Positions 9,822 to 20,944 of a DNA stretch of 64,000 bases are shown here, piece after piece. How positions within the stretch are numbered: the first letter of the stretch is position 1; each line of letters begins with the position of its first letter. The notes below the pieces were generated by a model. It was given only the letters and a program-made list of their open reading frames with translations. It ran no database searches and was not told the DNA's origin. The translations under genes and the position numbers were made by a program. The DNA lies in the NCBI GenBank assembly GCA_040752415.1, contig JBFMGU010000023.1:349-64348 (forward strand), in the 5' to 3' direction. This stretch comes from Myxococcota bacterium (GTDB lineage: Bacteria; Myxococcota; JACRCW01).

Positions 9822-9959
9822 GAAGTGATCTCCTCGTCGTCGTCGGACGCTAGCAGGTCCCGGCGGGCAGCGTCTTGCGCTCCGCGGTCACGAGGGGGCC
9901 ACGCGCAAGCCGCGACCGCGCACTTCGGTGGGACCGGCCTGGCGTTGTAGGGTGGCCGC

Positions 9960-11996
9960 ATGGCACGCGTCGTCCTTCTGCTCGCCGTCACGCTCACGCT
10001 GGGTGCAACGTCTTCCGCCTGCGGCGGTGCCAAGGCGCGGGAGCTGGACTCCTATGGCGGCCAACGCATCGACCCCTCCCGCTACGTCGACGCACCCGCC
10101 GTCATGCTGCTGGAGGAAGTGGAGCTGACCTACGCGTTCGACCCCGGTCGCTTCCAACCCTACGCGGAGCTCCGTCGTCACCGGCGCATCCAGATCCTCA
10201 CCGATGAGGCGCGCAAGCGGTTTGGCCGCGTCTACGTGCCCATGACCCGTCGGGCGGAGCCGCGCGCCATCCAGGCCCGCCTCATCCACCCCGACGGCGA
10301 GAGCAAGGAGCTGGACAACACCACGCTGGACTTCAACCGCTTCTCCGGCTCCGACAAGGCCGCCGGTCTCTACCAGGAGCCCGCCGCCAAGGCGTTTGCC
10401 GTCCCCGGCCTGCGCGTGGGCGACGTCATCGACTACCAGTCCATCCACATCATCCGCGACCCGCGCTGGGTGGAGCCGCTCGTCGCCGGCGAGGGGCTGC
10501 ATGACCTGCCCATCAAGGAAGCGCGCCTCTCCGTGGTGCACGCGCCCGGCTACGACGTGGACTACCGCGTCACGGTGCGCGGGGACCTCATCGAGATGGC
10601 GCCCGAGCGCGTGCCGGCCCGCATCTTTGACCCGGTGAAGGGCGACAACTCCGAGCTCGACGCCACCCGTTTCATCTGGCTGTTCACCGACCTGCCCGCC
10701 ACCTTCCCCGAGCCCCGCGGCAGCACCGCGCTGGCGGCCGCCACGCAGGTGCATGTGCAGTTCAAGCGCTACACGCCGCCGGGCAGCAGCAAGAGCTTCC
10801 TGGGCTACAGCACGTGGGAGGACGTGGCGGCGTGGTACCGCGAGCTGATGGGCCCGGTGGACAAGGGTGGGCAGTCGCTGGCGCCGGACGCGGCGGGCGG
10901 GCGCACCAAGCGCGACAAGCTCAAGGCGGTGCAGAAGGGCTGCGGACAGATGCAGCTGCTGGATCTCGACGTGAACCTGGGCGCGCTCAAGCCCCACAAG
11001 GCGGGCGAGATTGCCAGCGCCAAGAAGGGTGACAGCAAGGACCTGGCGCAGGCCTGTCTGTCCGCCACGCGCGCGGCGAACCTGGATGCGTTCCCGGTGC
11101 TGGTGGCCCGTCGGAGTCACCGTCCGCGCGTGCCCGACCTGCCCACCCCCGCCGCGTTCGATCACGTCATCATCGCCGTGCCCGGCGCCGGCCAGTACGA
11201 CTACTTCGACCCCGCGGGACTGGGCGCGCCCGTCGGGCGACCGTTGCCCTTCAGCCAGGGTGGCGACGGAATCGTGGTCCGCCCCGACGGCATCGAGCGG
11301 GTCATCATCCCCGAGGACAAAGCGGAGCAGAACACGCGTGAGGTGACCTACAAGCTGGTGCTCGGCGTGGACGGCATGGTCGAGGGCAATGCCAGCTTCA
11401 AGCTGGTGGGCCAGGACGTGGCGTTCGTGCGGCAGGCCATGCGCGAGCTCAAGGGGGAGGAGCAGTACCGCGCGCTCAGTGAGTGGCTGTGCGGCGGGGA
11501 GCAGAAGCTGCCGTGGACGGAAGCGCAGCTGCAGGGAGGGGAGGATCCCGACGAGCCCGCGCGCCTGCTGGTGACCTTTGGCAAGGCGCCGCTGGGCGGT
11601 GTGCAGGACAAGCTGGCGCTGCGCATGGCCGAGCTGCTGGGCAAGCCCTACCCGTTCCTGTGGCGCGACGGACGGCTCACGCCGGTGGACCTGGGCTACC
11701 GCATGACCGAGCGCGTGACGGCCAGCGTGCTGATGCCGGAAGGCCACGGCGTGCGCGGGCGCCCGGCGGATCTTGTCGACGAGAACGCGATGGCGAAGGT
11801 GGAGCAGCGCTACGCGGTGGCGGATGGCTCGTTGTGGTTGCGGCGGGAGCGCGTGCAGAAGGAGGCGTTCATCCCGCGCCAGCGCTACGACGAGCTCAAG
11901 GACATCTACCAGCGCATCTGGAGCAACCTCTCCCAGTCCGCGCCGGTGCTGCCCGGTGGTGAACGCGGCCGCGACTACGGCTCCGACCCCTTCTGA
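9960..11996 (+). CDS. Large lipoprotein, hypothetical (possibly DUF3857/transglutaminase-like family)
   Basis: Lipobox LTLGATSSAC, 678 aa with coding-like composition. The opposite-strand ORF 9888..11747 is an antisense artefact. Confidence 0.6.
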   Translation: MARVVLLLAVTLTLGATSSACGGAKARELDSYGGQRIDPSRYVDAPAVMLLEEVELTYAFDPGRFQPYAELRRHRRIQILTDEARKRFGRVYVPMTRRAEPRAIQARLIHPDGESKELDNTTLDFNRFSGSDKAAGLYQEPAAKAFAVPGLRVGDVIDYQSIHIIRDPRWVEPLVAGEGLHDLPIKEARLSVVHAPGYDVDYRVTVRGDLIEMAPERVPARIFDPVKGDNSELDATRFIWLFTDLPATFPEPRGSTALAAATQVHVQFKRYTPPGSSKSFLGYSTWEDVAAWYRELMGPVDKGGQSLAPDAAGGRTKRDKLKAVQKGCGQMQLLDLDVNLGALKPHKAGEIASAKKGDSKDLAQACLSATRAANLDAFPVLVARRSHRPRVPDLPTPAAFDHVIIAVPGAGQYDYFDPAGLGAPVGRPLPFSQGGDGIVVRPDGIERVIIPEDKAEQNTREVTYKLVLGVDGMVEGNASFKLVGQDVAFVRQAMRELKGEEQYRALSEWLCGGEQKLPWTEAQLQGGEDPDEPARLLVTFGKAPLGGVQDKLALRMAELLGKPYPFLWRDGRLTPVDLGYRMTERVTASVLMPEGHGVRGRPADLVDENAMAKVEQRYAVADGSLWLRRERVQKEAFIPRQRYDELKDIYQRIWSNLSQSAPVLPGGERGRDYGSDPF

Positions 11997-12541
11997 CCGC
12001 CCCCCACCTCCAGCACCTTCTGCACGGCGGTGCGGCCAGCCAGGTCGCCCGCCACGCTCCCCACCACGCTGCCAATCAGCCCCCCGGCCAGGGTTCCCAC
12101 CACCGGGACGGGAATGAGCACACTGCCCAGCGCCGCGCCGGCGTAGCCCCCACCCGCGCCGCCCACCAGGCCGGTGGCATGGCCGCCCAAGCGCGTCAGC
12201 GCCTCGCTGGGCTTGATCTGGCCTTTGACCACCCGGGCCCCCTCCCGCACGGCGTCCACGGCCAGCAGCGCCGCTCCGGCCGCCACCAGGGGCCGGCGCG
12301 CCAGGCCAGCGGCCACCTTGCCCAGGAGGTTCTCCCCGGCCCGCCGGGCCACCTCCCGTGCGGCATGCGGGGCGCCCACGCTGACCGCGGTCTTGGTGGC
12401 ACCGTCGGTGACCACGGCGCGCACGCGTTTCTGCGCCCGCTCGGGGATGCTGCCCTTCTGCGCGGGGCGGTCACGCTCGGTGGCCACCAGGTTTCCCACC
12501 GCCAGGCCGCCCTGCAGCAAGGTGTCCTTGAGGATGCTCAT
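11975..12541 (-). CDS. Hypothetical protein with a Gly-zipper-like C-terminus
   Basis: Start chosen at MSILKDTLLQGG (ATG 12541). The C-terminus GLVGGAGGGYAGAALGSVLIPVPVVGTLAGGLIGSVVGSVAGDLAG is glycine-zipper like. Confidence 0.5.
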   Translation of the reverse strand: MSILKDTLLQGGLAVGNLVATERDRPAQKGSIPERAQKRVRAVVTDGATKTAVSVGAPHAAREVARRAGENLLGKVAAGLARRPLVAAGAALLAVDAVREGARVVKGQIKPSEALTRLGGHATGLVGGAGGGYAGAALGSVLIPVPVVGTLAGGLIGSVVGSVAGDLAGRTAVQKVLEVGGGQKGSEP

Positions 12542-12661
12542 GTTCGGAAGCTCCCGGAAGGCCGGAGTCCGGCCGGCCCCCAGCCTAACAACGCGCGGGC
12601 CGCCCGTCCGGTTCTTCCCCACAGCATAGGCAGGCCCCCACCGGCACGCACCTCCCGGGGC

Positions 12662-14017
12662 TCAGGTGCCCTCGGGGTGCTCGCCCAACAGGTGCTCCAC
12701 GAACCGGGTGTCATACCGGCCGGAGATGAAGTCCGGGTGCTCCAGCGCCTTCCGGTGGAACGGGATGTTGGTCTTGATCCCCGCCACCACGTACTCCGCC
12801 AACGCGCGCCGGCTGCGACGCAGCGCCTGGTCGCGGTCCCGGCCAAAGCAGACCAGCTTGGCAATGAGGCTGTCGTAGTTGGGGAGGACCTGGCACTCCG
12901 TGTAGGCCATGCCGTCCACCCGCACGCCCACGCCGCCGGGCTCGTGGTAGCCGGTGATGACGCCGGGGCTGGGCGCAAAGGTCACCGGGTCCTCGGCGTT
13001 GATGCGGTACTCGAAGGCGTGGCCGCGCCAGGAGACGTCGTCCTGCTTGAACTGCAGGGTGGCGCCGGTGGCCAGCCGGATCTGCAGCGCGCAGATGTCG
13101 ATGCCGGTGACCTGCTCGGTGATGGGGTGCTCCACCTGGATGCGGGTGTTGACCTCCATGAAAAAGAGGTTGCCCTTCTCATCCATGATGAACTCGACGG
13201 TGCCCACGCTCTGGTAGCCCACCTCCTTGAGCGCCTTGCAGATGAGCGCACCAATCTCCATGCGCTTTTCCATGCTGATGGCGGGGCTGGGGCACTCCTC
13301 GATGATCTTCTGGTGCCGGCGCTGCACGCTGCACTCACGCTCGCCCAGGTGGATGATGTTGCCGTGCTTGTCGGCAATGACCTGGAACTCGATGTGACGC
13401 GGGTTCTCGATGAAGCGCTCCAGGTAGACCTCACCGTTGCCAAAAGACGCCTGCGCCTCCGCCACGGCGGTGAGGAACACGCGCTCCAGCTCGGCGCGGT
13501 TGCGCACCACCTTCATCCCGCGACCACCACCACCCGCGGCCGCCTTGAGGATCACCGGGAAGCCGATCTCGTCGGCGGCGCGGACCGCGTCGGCGGCGTC
13601 CACCAGCGCGTGCTTGGTGCCTGGCAGGATGGGCAGCCCCGCGGCGGTCATGGCGGCGCGCGCGCTCACCTTGTTGCCCAGCAGGCGGATGTTCTCCACC
13701 GTGGGGCCAATGAAGGTGATCCCGCAGCTCCGACACACCTCCGCGAACTCCGCGTTCTCGGAGAGGAAACCGTAGCCGGGGTGGATGGCGTCGGCGCCGG
13801 TGATCTCCGCGGCGGCCAGCAGCGCGGGGACGTTGAGGTAGCTGTCGCGTGCGGCGGGCGGGCCAATGCACACGGCCTCATCCGCGAACTTCACGTGCAG
13901 GCAGTGCACATCCGCGGTGGAGTAGACCGCCACGGTCTTGATGCCCAGGTCGCGGGCGGCGCGGATGATGCGCAGCGCAATCTCGCCGCGGTTGGCAATG
14001 AGGATCTTCTCGAACAT
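12662..14017 (-). CDS. accC: Acetyl-CoA carboxylase biotin carboxylase subunit
   Basis: [33 protein letters not shown]...[14 protein letters not shown]..., a full-length biotin carboxylase of 451 aa. Confidence 0.95.
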   Translation of the reverse strand: MFEKILIANRGEIALRIIRAARDLGIKTVAVYSTADVHCLHVKFADEAVCIGPPAARDSYLNVPALLAAAEITGADAIHPGYGFLSENAEFAEVCRSCGITFIGPTVENIRLLGNKVSARAAMTAAGLPILPGTKHALVDAADAVRAADEIGFPVILKAAAGGGGRGMKVVRNRAELERVFLTAVAEAQASFGNGEVYLERFIENPRHIEFQVIADKHGNIIHLGERECSVQRRHQKIIEECPSPAISMEKRMEIGALICKALKEVGYQSVGTVEFIMDEKGNLFFMEVNTRIQVEHPITEQVTGIDICALQIRLATGATLQFKQDDVSWRGHAFEYRINAEDPVTFAPSPGVITGYHEPGGVGVRVDGMAYTECQVLPNYDSLIAKLVCFGRDRDQALRRSRRALAEYVVAGIKTNIPFHRKALEHPDFISGRYDTRFVEHLLGEHPEGT

Positions 14018-14055
14018 GGAGGAGTCCCTGGGACTTGGGGGAGACGTGGCTGCAC

Positions 14056-14577
14056 TCAGGCCGGGACGATGCGGAACAGCTTCTGGCCGAACTCCACCGG
14101 CGTGGCGTTCTCCACGTAGATCTCCGCCACCTTGCCATCCACGTCGGCTTCAATCTCGTTCATGAGCTTCATGGCCTCGATGATGCACAGCGTCTGGCCC
14201 TTCTTCACCGTCGCCCCCACCTGCACGAACGGCGCGGCCTCCGGGCTGGGCGCGCGGTAGAAGGTCCCCACGAACGGGCTCTTGACGACGTGACCACCCG
14301 TCTCCGCGGCGGGCGCCGGGGCGGGGGCGGCGGCATGTGCGGCGGCGGGGGCGTGCGCAGGAGCGTGGGCCACCACCGGCGCGGGCGCGGCATGCACCAC
14401 CGCACCACCCTTGCCCAGGCGGATGCGGACGCGTTCGTCCTCGAAGTCCAGCTCGGTCAGGCCGGACTTCTGGAAGAGGTCCACCACGTCACGCAGGAGC
14501 TGGATGCCCTGGTCCTGACCGGAAGCGCGGGTGGAGGCGGAGGTGGCTCGACGGACCTTCTGGCGGGTCTGTGCCAT
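14056..14577 (-). CDS. accB: Biotin carboxyl carrier protein of acetyl-CoA carboxylase
   Basis: C-terminal biotinyl domain with [18 protein letters not shown] and an Ala/Pro-rich linker. Start at MAQTRQK (ATG 14577); the track ORF is 5'-extended. Confidence 0.9.
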   Translation of the reverse strand: MAQTRQKVRRATSASTRASGQDQGIQLLRDVVDLFQKSGLTELDFEDERVRIRLGKGGAVVHAAPAPVVAHAPAHAPAAAHAAAPAPAPAAETGGHVVKSPFVGTFYRAPSPEAAPFVQVGATVKKGQTLCIIEAMKLMNEIEADVDGKVAEIYVENATPVEFGQKLFRIVPA

Positions 14578-14686
14578 GGGAGCTTTCCTGTTGGCTTGAG
14601 AGGAGGCGGAGCGCCGCCCAGGGACCGCGGCCTCGTCGGCACCAAGGCCTGCCGCGCGTCCCTGGGAGCTTGTGGTTTGCGGGGAT

Positions 14687-15250
14687 TCAGCCTTCCACGC
14701 GGCTGACGTACTCGTGGCTGCGGGTGTCCACGCGGATGGTGTCGCCTTCATTGACGAACAGCGGGACGTTGAAGGTGGCGCCGGTCTCCAGCGTGGCGGG
14801 CTTGGTGGCACCGCTGACGGTGTCGCCGCGCACGCCCGGGTCGCACTTGGTGACCTTGAGCTCCACGAAGTTGGGCAGGTCAATGCCAATGGCGCGACCG
14901 TTGAAGAACAGCAGCGTGACCTTCATCTCCGGCTTCAGGAAGTCCGGGGCGTCGCCCAGGTACTCCTTGGCCACCTGGTGCTGCTCGAAGGTCTTGACGT
15001 CCATGAAGTGGAACGCGTCGCCGTCGGTGTAGAGGAACTGGACATCGTCCTCGGAGGTGTCGGGCTTCTTGACCTTGTCCCCAGCCTTGAAGGTGGGATC
15101 AATGACCCGGCCCGTGGTCAGGCTCTTGAGCTTGGTGCGCACGAACGCGCCGCCCTTGCCCGGGTTCACGTGCTGGAAGTCCACGATGACGTAGGGGTCG
15201 CCATCGATCTCGATCTTCAGTCCCTTGCGGAAATCCTGGGTAGAGTACAT
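14687..15250 (-). CDS. efp: Elongation factor P
   Basis: [42 protein letters not shown]..., a canonical 187-aa EF-P with ATG at 15250. The efp-accB-accC order is common. Confidence 0.95.
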   Translation of the reverse strand: MYSTQDFRKGLKIEIDGDPYVIVDFQHVNPGKGGAFVRTKLKSLTTGRVIDPTFKAGDKVKKPDTSEDDVQFLYTDGDAFHFMDVKTFEQHQVAKEYLGDAPDFLKPEMKVTLLFFNGRAIGIDLPNFVELKVTKCDPGVRGDTVSGATKPATLETGATFNVPLFVNEGDTIRVDTRSHEYVSRVEG

Positions 15251-15501
15251 TGCAGCCGTTCCTTCCTTGTTCCGACGGAAACTCCCGCAGGGCTTACGCG
15301 CCGTGGGGGGCGCCCGCACGTCCCTGGCGCGCAGGGAGGCTCAGGCGGGGCGTGCGGGGTACCCCAAGACGGCGGCCGCTTTCAACCTTCGGCGTGACCC
15401 TCGCGTGGCCCGGACCACCGGACGTGGCCTGGGACGCAGAAGTGGCGCCTGGCTCAGCCCTTCAGCCTGGGACGGGATGGGGGATGGGGATGGAGCGTTG
15501 T

Positions 15502-15867
15502 TCAGGCCAGCTCAGCCACGAGCCGCGGCGAGATGACGCGCAGGAGGTAGCGTCCCTTGCCGAAGTTGCCGTGGGGCTCCATGAGGAGCGCCACGAAGTA
15601 CTCGTCGGTGACCGGCCGGACGATGGCGGTCAGCTCATGGCCTTCCACCACCAGTTCCTTGAGGTTTCCGCTCTTGAGTCCGGCGGTGGACTGGCGGACC
15701 TGGTTGAGCAGGCCGGTGAGCTCCACGGTGGAGTTCATCACCTCCCGCTCCACGCTGCTCTCCGTCTCGTAGGTCTCGATGGCGATGCCGTCATGACCCA
15801 TGAGGGTGCACAGCAGGGCGCCAGGAACCTCGGAGACCGCGCGTTCAAGGTGTTCTTTGAATGCCAT
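15502..15867 (-). CDS. Roadblock/LC7 domain protein (MglB-like fold)
   Basis: 121 aa, MAFKEHLERAVSEVPGALLCTLMGHDGIAIETYE... The family call rests on size and composition. Confidence 0.65.
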   Translation of the reverse strand: MAFKEHLERAVSEVPGALLCTLMGHDGIAIETYETESSVEREVMNSTVELTGLLNQVRQSTAGLKSGNLKELVVEGHELTAIVRPVTDEYFVALLMEPHGNFGKGRYLLRVISPRLVAELA

Positions 15868-15900
15868 GGGTGCGCCCTGGAGGGTTCCGCGAGGGGATGA

Positions 15901-16755
15901 TCACGGACCAGCGGTGGTGGAGATGCAGCGGCCGGTGCAGTACGGCAGCTGCGGGTCGCAGGTGCACTCCTCGATGTCCTGGTCCGGGAAGCACTGCGCG
16001 CCGGTCCGCTCCGCCACCGTGCCCACCGCCACGGTCTGGCAGGCGTCGTCGATGGCGGCGCAGTTCTTGATGCGGCCCTGGGTGAGCTTGAGACGGAAGG
16101 TCATCTCATTGCTGGTCACGCGCTGGCCCTGCCCGTCCACGCCCTCCAGCGACACGTAGGCGATGACCTGGAAGCCCTCCGGCCGGATGATGGCCTTCTT
16201 GACCGTGGGGTCCCGGAACAGCTCCAGGGCGCGCTCCGGTGCCAGGATCACGGCGGTGACGGCCTGGCGGTCGCCGGTGTTGATGTTGCCGGTGGCCGGC
16301 GTGCTGGTCCCGGTCAAGAGACCCTCAATGGGCTCGTTGGCGTAGCGGGCGCGCACGCTGGCGGGCTGCTTGGGATACTCGTAGCGCACCTTGGCGCCAA
16401 TCAGCTTGACCTGATTGGTGTTGTTGCTGCCGTACTGGCCGTTGTAGTTGGGCGCCCCCTGCGTCCCGGGCTTGTACGCGTTGTTGGGCAGCGTATTCTC
16501 GACGTCCAGAACAGCCACGTACTGATTTGCGTTCTGCTGGCCGTCGCCCAGCTCCATCTCGCCCTCAATCATGAAGGCGGTGCCACCCGCGGCGAACACG
16601 CAGTTCGCGCCGGGGGGAATCACGCCGCGAACCACGAGACCCGAACCGCCCTGGGGTCCCAGGTACACACCAAAGATCTGCTGGTTGAGACATCCCGTGG
16701 TGGCCACCGCCAGCCCTGCCGCCACAACCTGCTTCCATGCGCTGCGGGAGTTCAT
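15901..16755 (-). CDS. Lipoprotein, hypothetical (downstream of pilQ)
   Basis: MNSRSAWKQVVAAGLAVATTGC lipobox with a Gly/Asn/Thr-rich beta-like body. ATG at 16755. Confidence 0.6.
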   Translation of the reverse strand: MNSRSAWKQVVAAGLAVATTGCLNQQIFGVYLGPQGGSGLVVRGVIPPGANCVFAAGGTAFMIEGEMELGDGQQNANQYVAVLDVENTLPNNAYKPGTQGAPNYNGQYGSNNTNQVKLIGAKVRYEYPKQPASVRARYANEPIEGLLTGTSTPATGNINTGDRQAVTAVILAPERALELFRDPTVKKAIIRPEGFQVIAYVSLEGVDGQGQRVTSNEMTFRLKLTQGRIKNCAAIDDACQTVAVGTVAERTGAQCFPDQDIEECTCDPQLPYCTGRCISTTAGP

Positions 16756-16851
16756 TGGTTCTCCTCAGGCGCGGGAGCCCAGCAAGGGTCCCGTGCTCAG
16801 CCGGCCACGTCCAAGCGCCCGGCGTCCTTCATCCGACTGCACCGACTGCGG

Positions 16852-19578
16852 TCACTCACCCTTGCCCAGATCCGTGTTGCTGACGCTGGCCTGCCGACGA
16901 TTCACGATTCGCGGCGTGATGAAGGCCAGCAGTTCCTTACGCTCGTCGTTCTTGTCCTGCGCCTTGAAGAGCCACCCGATGACCGGCAGGCTGCCAAAGA
17001 ACGGGCTGCGCCGGTACTGCTCGGAGTAGTTGCGCGTGTAGATGCCACCCACCACGGTGGTCTCGCCGTCGCGCACCATCACCTCCGTGTCCGCCTCCTT
17101 CTTGGTGAACGCGGGCACGCCCTGCACCTGGCGGGCAAAGTCTGGAGCGTTGTTGGTGACCTTCAGCTTCATGAGCACGCTGCCATCCGCGGTGACGTGC
17201 GGGGTGACCTCGAGCTCGAGAGCGGAGGGAATCAGCTGGGTCTGCACGCCGGCCGCGCTGACGCGAGCCACCGGGATGTCCACGCCCTGGCTGATCTTGG
17301 CGGTCTTGTTGTCCAGCGTGGCAACCTTGGGCGAGCTGACGATCTTGATCTGACCGTCAGCCTCCGCAGCGCTGAGACGCAGGTTGACGTTGAGCGTGTT
17401 GCCAATGGAGCCGAACGAGAAGCCCAACGCGCTGGCCCCCGGGCCACCGGCGTTGGCCGGCAGGTTCACCGCGTAGTTGGACGGGCCCACCACGCCGGGA
17501 TCCGCCAAACCACCGCGCAGGGCACCGGGGTCGTCCGCACCGCCGGAGGTGGCGATGTTGTGCGGGAAGATGAGGCCCGTGGGGTTGCCGTTGGCGTCCG
17601 AGAAGTTGAGACCGTAACCCCACTGGATACCGAGCGTGCGGCTGTAGGAGCTGGTGGCTTCCACAATGCGCGCCTCGATGAGGACCTGCGGGGTCTGGGT
17701 GTCCAGCGTGCGGACCAGCTTCTCCGCCTGCACCAGGTTGTCGCGGATGTCTTCCACGATGATGACGTTGGTGCGCTTGTCCACGGTGGCCTTGCCACGC
17801 GGCGAGAGCAACGCCTGGACCTGCGGCAGCATCTCGGTGGCGTTGGCGTAGTTCACCGGCAGCAGCTTCACGATGGTGGGCTCCGCCACCACGCGACGCT
17901 GGGCCTCCGCGTCCCGGATCTCCTTCTCCAGCTGCAGCACCTTCTGCGGAGCCACGCGGATGATGTTGCCCTGCTTCTCCTGGCCCAGGCCCTTGACCTT
18001 CAGGATGATGTCCAGCGCCTGGTCCCAGGGCACGTTGCGCAGCTTGATGGTGACCGTGCCCTTCACCTCGTCGGAGGCGATGATGTTGAGCTTGCTGACC
18101 TCCGCAATGAGGCGCAGCACGTTCAGGATGTCCGCGTCCTTGAGGTCAATGGTGATCTTCTTGCCGGTGTAGCGACGATCCGCTGGCGTGCCCTGACGGG
18201 ACAGGCTCACCGCTTCCACCGCGTAACCGGCGGCGCGGGTGGCGGTGCTGTCGGTCTGGGCGGTGGGGGCGCTGCGCGCGGGGCGCGGGTCCTGGGCGCG
18301 GAAGTCCCAGTACAGCGCGTCGCCACGGGCCCACACGCGGTGCTCCACGCCGTTGGACAGGTCCACCGCCACCTTCACCACGCCGGGCTGGTCGGGGTCA
18401 CGGAAGGTGGCCACCGACTGCACCGGACCGGCAAACGCCGTGGTGTCCAGGCTGCGCTCCAGGGTGGCGGGCAGGTCCGCGCCGCTCAGCTCCAGGACCT
18501 TGAGACGGGGGTTGTCGGTGGTGAGGCGGTGCTCCGCGTTGCCATCCAGCGCGATCTTCAGGCGGTAGAAGCCACCCTTGTCATCGAAGCGGACGTCCTT
18601 CACCTCCGCGCGCTTCTCCTCGCGCTTGGGCTCCTGCGCCGGCTCGGCGGCGGGAGCGGGCTTCTCCTCGACGGGAGCCGCGGCCTGCGCCACCTGCTCG
18701 CTCTTCTGCTCGGGGGCGGCGGCGGCCACGGCGGGGTTCTCCGCGGGGCGCGGCGTGCTGCCAAAGGCCACGGTCAGGCCCTCCTCGCTGGTGGCCACGT
18801 CAAAGCTGGGCAGCGTGTCGCTGCGGGCGTCAAACACCACGCGGACGTGGGTGTCATGCTTGCCCAGGCGGATGCGGGACAGCGGGCCGACCTTGAGATT
18901 GGGCAGCTTCCTGGGCGCGGACTTGATGCCGTAGAGGTCCACCACCAGGCGCGTGGGGTTCTGCACTTCCTGCACCTCGTAGCGCTCCACCGGCCCGTCG
19001 GTCTGCAGGGTGAGCAGCGCCCCGCCGTTCTTCTGGGTGGCGCGCACGGCCAGCAGCTTGGTGGCGTGGTGCTCACTGGGAGCTCCCTCCACCACGATGG
19101 GCTCGTCCGCCTTCTTCTCCGGCGCGGCGGCCACGGCCTCCGGCTCCTTCTGCGCGGCGGGCTGCGGCGCGGCGGCGGCCTGGCGGCCCTCCAGCAGCGT
19201 CACCACCACCGCGGTGCCCTCCGCCTTGACGTCAAAGGGCACGTCGCGGTTGAGGCCCACCACCACGCGGCCGATGGGGTGGGCGGGGTCCTTGAACTGG
19301 CTCGCGGTGATCATGGCCACGTCGCCCTGGCTGGACTCCACCGGCGCGCTCACGGCGCTGACGTCGGCGCCGGCCAGGTCCACCACCACGCGGGGCGGCT
19401 GCCCCAGGCGGAAGACGGTGAAGGTGGGCTCGCGGGTGCCCTGGATGACCACGCGGGTGGGCGTGCCGGACTCCACCTTGATCCCGGTGATGACGTTGGC
19501 TTCCGCCGCCAGCACGGGGGTGACCGCGGTGGTGGCCAGCGCAACCGTCACCAGGGTGTGCAAACGCGGGAATGACAT
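16852..19578 (-). CDS. pilQ: Type IV pilus secretin PilQ
   Basis: It has a signal peptide and three N-terminal AMIN-like repeats (…RVVIQGTREP…, …LLTLQTDGPV…, …RLKIALDGN…), then N0/N1 domains. The secretin C-domain follows (…IEARIVEATSSYSRTLGIQWG…VSSPKVATLDNKTAKISQG…ELLAFITPRIV). ATG at 19578; an alternative GTG is at 19587. Confidence 0.95.
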   Translation of the reverse strand: MSFPRLHTLVTVALATTAVTPVLAAEANVITGIKVESGTPTRVVIQGTREPTFTVFRLGQPPRVVVDLAGADVSAVSAPVESSQGDVAMITASQFKDPAHPIGRVVVGLNRDVPFDVKAEGTAVVVTLLEGRQAAAAPQPAAQKEPEAVAAAPEKKADEPIVVEGAPSEHHATKLLAVRATQKNGGALLTLQTDGPVERYEVQEVQNPTRLVVDLYGIKSAPRKLPNLKVGPLSRIRLGKHDTHVRVVFDARSDTLPSFDVATSEEGLTVAFGSTPRPAENPAVAAAAPEQKSEQVAQAAAPVEEKPAPAAEPAQEPKREEKRAEVKDVRFDDKGGFYRLKIALDGNAEHRLTTDNPRLKVLELSGADLPATLERSLDTTAFAGPVQSVATFRDPDQPGVVKVAVDLSNGVEHRVWARGDALYWDFRAQDPRPARSAPTAQTDSTATRAAGYAVEAVSLSRQGTPADRRYTGKKITIDLKDADILNVLRLIAEVSKLNIIASDEVKGTVTIKLRNVPWDQALDIILKVKGLGQEKQGNIIRVAPQKVLQLEKEIRDAEAQRRVVAEPTIVKLLPVNYANATEMLPQVQALLSPRGKATVDKRTNVIIVEDIRDNLVQAEKLVRTLDTQTPQVLIEARIVEATSSYSRTLGIQWGYGLNFSDANGNPTGLIFPHNIATSGGADDPGALRGGLADPGVVGPSNYAVNLPANAGGPGASALGFSFGSIGNTLNVNLRLSAAEADGQIKIVSSPKVATLDNKTAKISQGVDIPVARVSAAGVQTQLIPSALELEVTPHVTADGSVLMKLKVTNNAPDFARQVQGVPAFTKKEADTEVMVRDGETTVVGGIYTRNYSEQYRRSPFFGSLPVIGWLFKAQDKNDERKELLAFITPRIVNRRQASVSNTDLGKGE

Positions 19579-19696
19579 GGCTCTCACTCTCCTCTTGTCT
19601 CAACCACGGCCCTCATCCGGCCCTGACGCGCATTCCGCCCAATCCGGACCCCGTGGCCCGGCTGCTTGCTGCAACAACACTTCCGTCCGCAGATGC

Positions 19697-20218
19697 TCAA
19701 CGCGGACCCGTGACGTCTTCCTCGGGAATCTTCAACGGCACCAGGTGTGAGACGCGACGACCCGTGAAGTCGCGGAACTCCTCCTGGATGATGATCTCAC
19801 CACGACGGATGTGCTTCACCTGGCCCCAGTGCTTGCCCATCAGGGTGCCCACCTTGACCACGTGGCCCTGCCCCGTGGGGTCCTCGACCATGGCGGTGGG
19901 CGTGGCCGTCCCCACGATCACCGCCACCAGCTTGAGCTGGTCAATGTCAAAGCGCTGCAGCTCGCTCTGGGTCTTCATCTGGTCATCCAATTCCTCCACC
20001 TCGGCGAAGTAGGTGCGGAACGGATCACGCTTGCCCACGGCGTTGTACGTGTAGACCACCGGCGCCTCGCCGGCGGGGATGGGCAACCCGATGGAGGCCG
20101 CGGCGGCTTCCTGCGCCTTGGCCTGGGGCTTGGGTGCGTCTTCCTGGCCTTCATCACAGGCCGCCGCCGTCATCAGCACAGGGAGCACCAGCGCGGCGGT
20201 CAGGAGGCGTGATTTCAC
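19697..20218 (-). CDS. pilP: Type IV pilus assembly lipoprotein PilP
   Basis: A GTG at 20218 gives VKSRLLTAALVLPVLMTAAAC (lipobox). The ATG at 20308 would add 30 residues ahead of the signal peptide and is less likely. The C-terminal PilP beta-domain is present. Confidence 0.8.
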   Translation of the reverse strand: MKSRLLTAALVLPVLMTAAACDEGQEDAPKPQAKAQEAAAASIGLPIPAGEAPVVYTYNAVGKRDPFRTYFAEVEELDDQMKTQSELQRFDIDQLKLVAVIVGTATPTAMVEDPTGQGHVVKVGTLMGKHWGQVKHIRRGEIIIQEEFRDFTGRRVSHLVPLKIPEEDVTGPR

Positions 20219-20317
20219 GTCGGGGCTCCCTCTTCTCTGGGCCAAGGCATTACCACCACGCCCAAGCTCCGTCAGATTTTCTGCCAGATCAGCATGGCGC
20301 TTGTTCATGGCAGCACC

Positions 20318-20929
20318 TCACTGCGCCGCGGCGGCGACGTTGCCTTCCAGGAAGCGATAGGTGGTGGCGAGGTATTCGCCCTGGAGGACGATCTTCTTGT
20401 TCACCACGCGCGGGCTGCGCAGCTGGATCTGCGTGACGTTGACGATGCGGGGCATCTTGCTGAGACGGTCCAGGAACACCGCCACCTCGTGGTAGCTGCC
20501 CTCCACGGCCATCTTCACCGGCACGGAGCTGAACGCGCCCTTCTGCTGCTCACCCGACAGCTCAAAGCGCTTGACGACGAGACCGGACTGCTGGCCTTCA
20601 TACGCGACGTCCCGCATGAGCTTGGGGATCTCCGCCTGCGTGGGCAGCTGCTCCTGGGCTTCCTTCACCTGCTGCTTGAGCCGCTCGACCTCGCGCTTGT
20701 AGGTGGTGAGGTTGGCCGCCTGCTGCTGCTTCTCCAAGAGCTTCTTCTCCACCTTCTGCAGCCGGCCCGGCGGGTCCTCGGTGGGATTGGACAGCTCCTT
20801 GAGCAGCGTCATCTGGCCGTCCACCACCAGGAACCAGTCCAGGCCTGCCATCAAGAGCAACGCCCCCAGGAGCCCACCCAGCTTGTGCTGCAGGGGGATC
20901 TTCGTGAATTTCTCGAGAAACTGTTCCAC
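20318..20929 (-). CDS. pilO: Type IV pilus assembly protein PilO
   Basis: Single N-terminal TM segment followed by a coiled coil, at the expected position between pilN and pilP. Confidence 0.85.
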   Translation of the reverse strand: MEQFLEKFTKIPLQHKLGGLLGALLLMAGLDWFLVVDGQMTLLKELSNPTEDPPGRLQKVEKKLLEKQQQAANLTTYKREVERLKQQVKEAQEQLPTQAEIPKLMRDVAYEGQQSGLVVKRFELSGEQQKGAFSSVPVKMAVEGSYHEVAVFLDRLSKMPRIVNVTQIQLRSPRVVNKKIVLQGEYLATTYRFLEGNVAAAAQ

Positions 20930-20944
20930 GACGAGCCTCCCGCC

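Noticed and set aside
9888-11747. 619-aa minus ORF
   Set aside because: It is the antisense of the 678-aa lipoprotein gene, with an Arg/Gly/Ala/Leu-rich composition typical of GC-rich antisense frames.
12179-14119. 646-aa + ORF
   Set aside because: It is the antisense of accC/accB, which are unambiguous.
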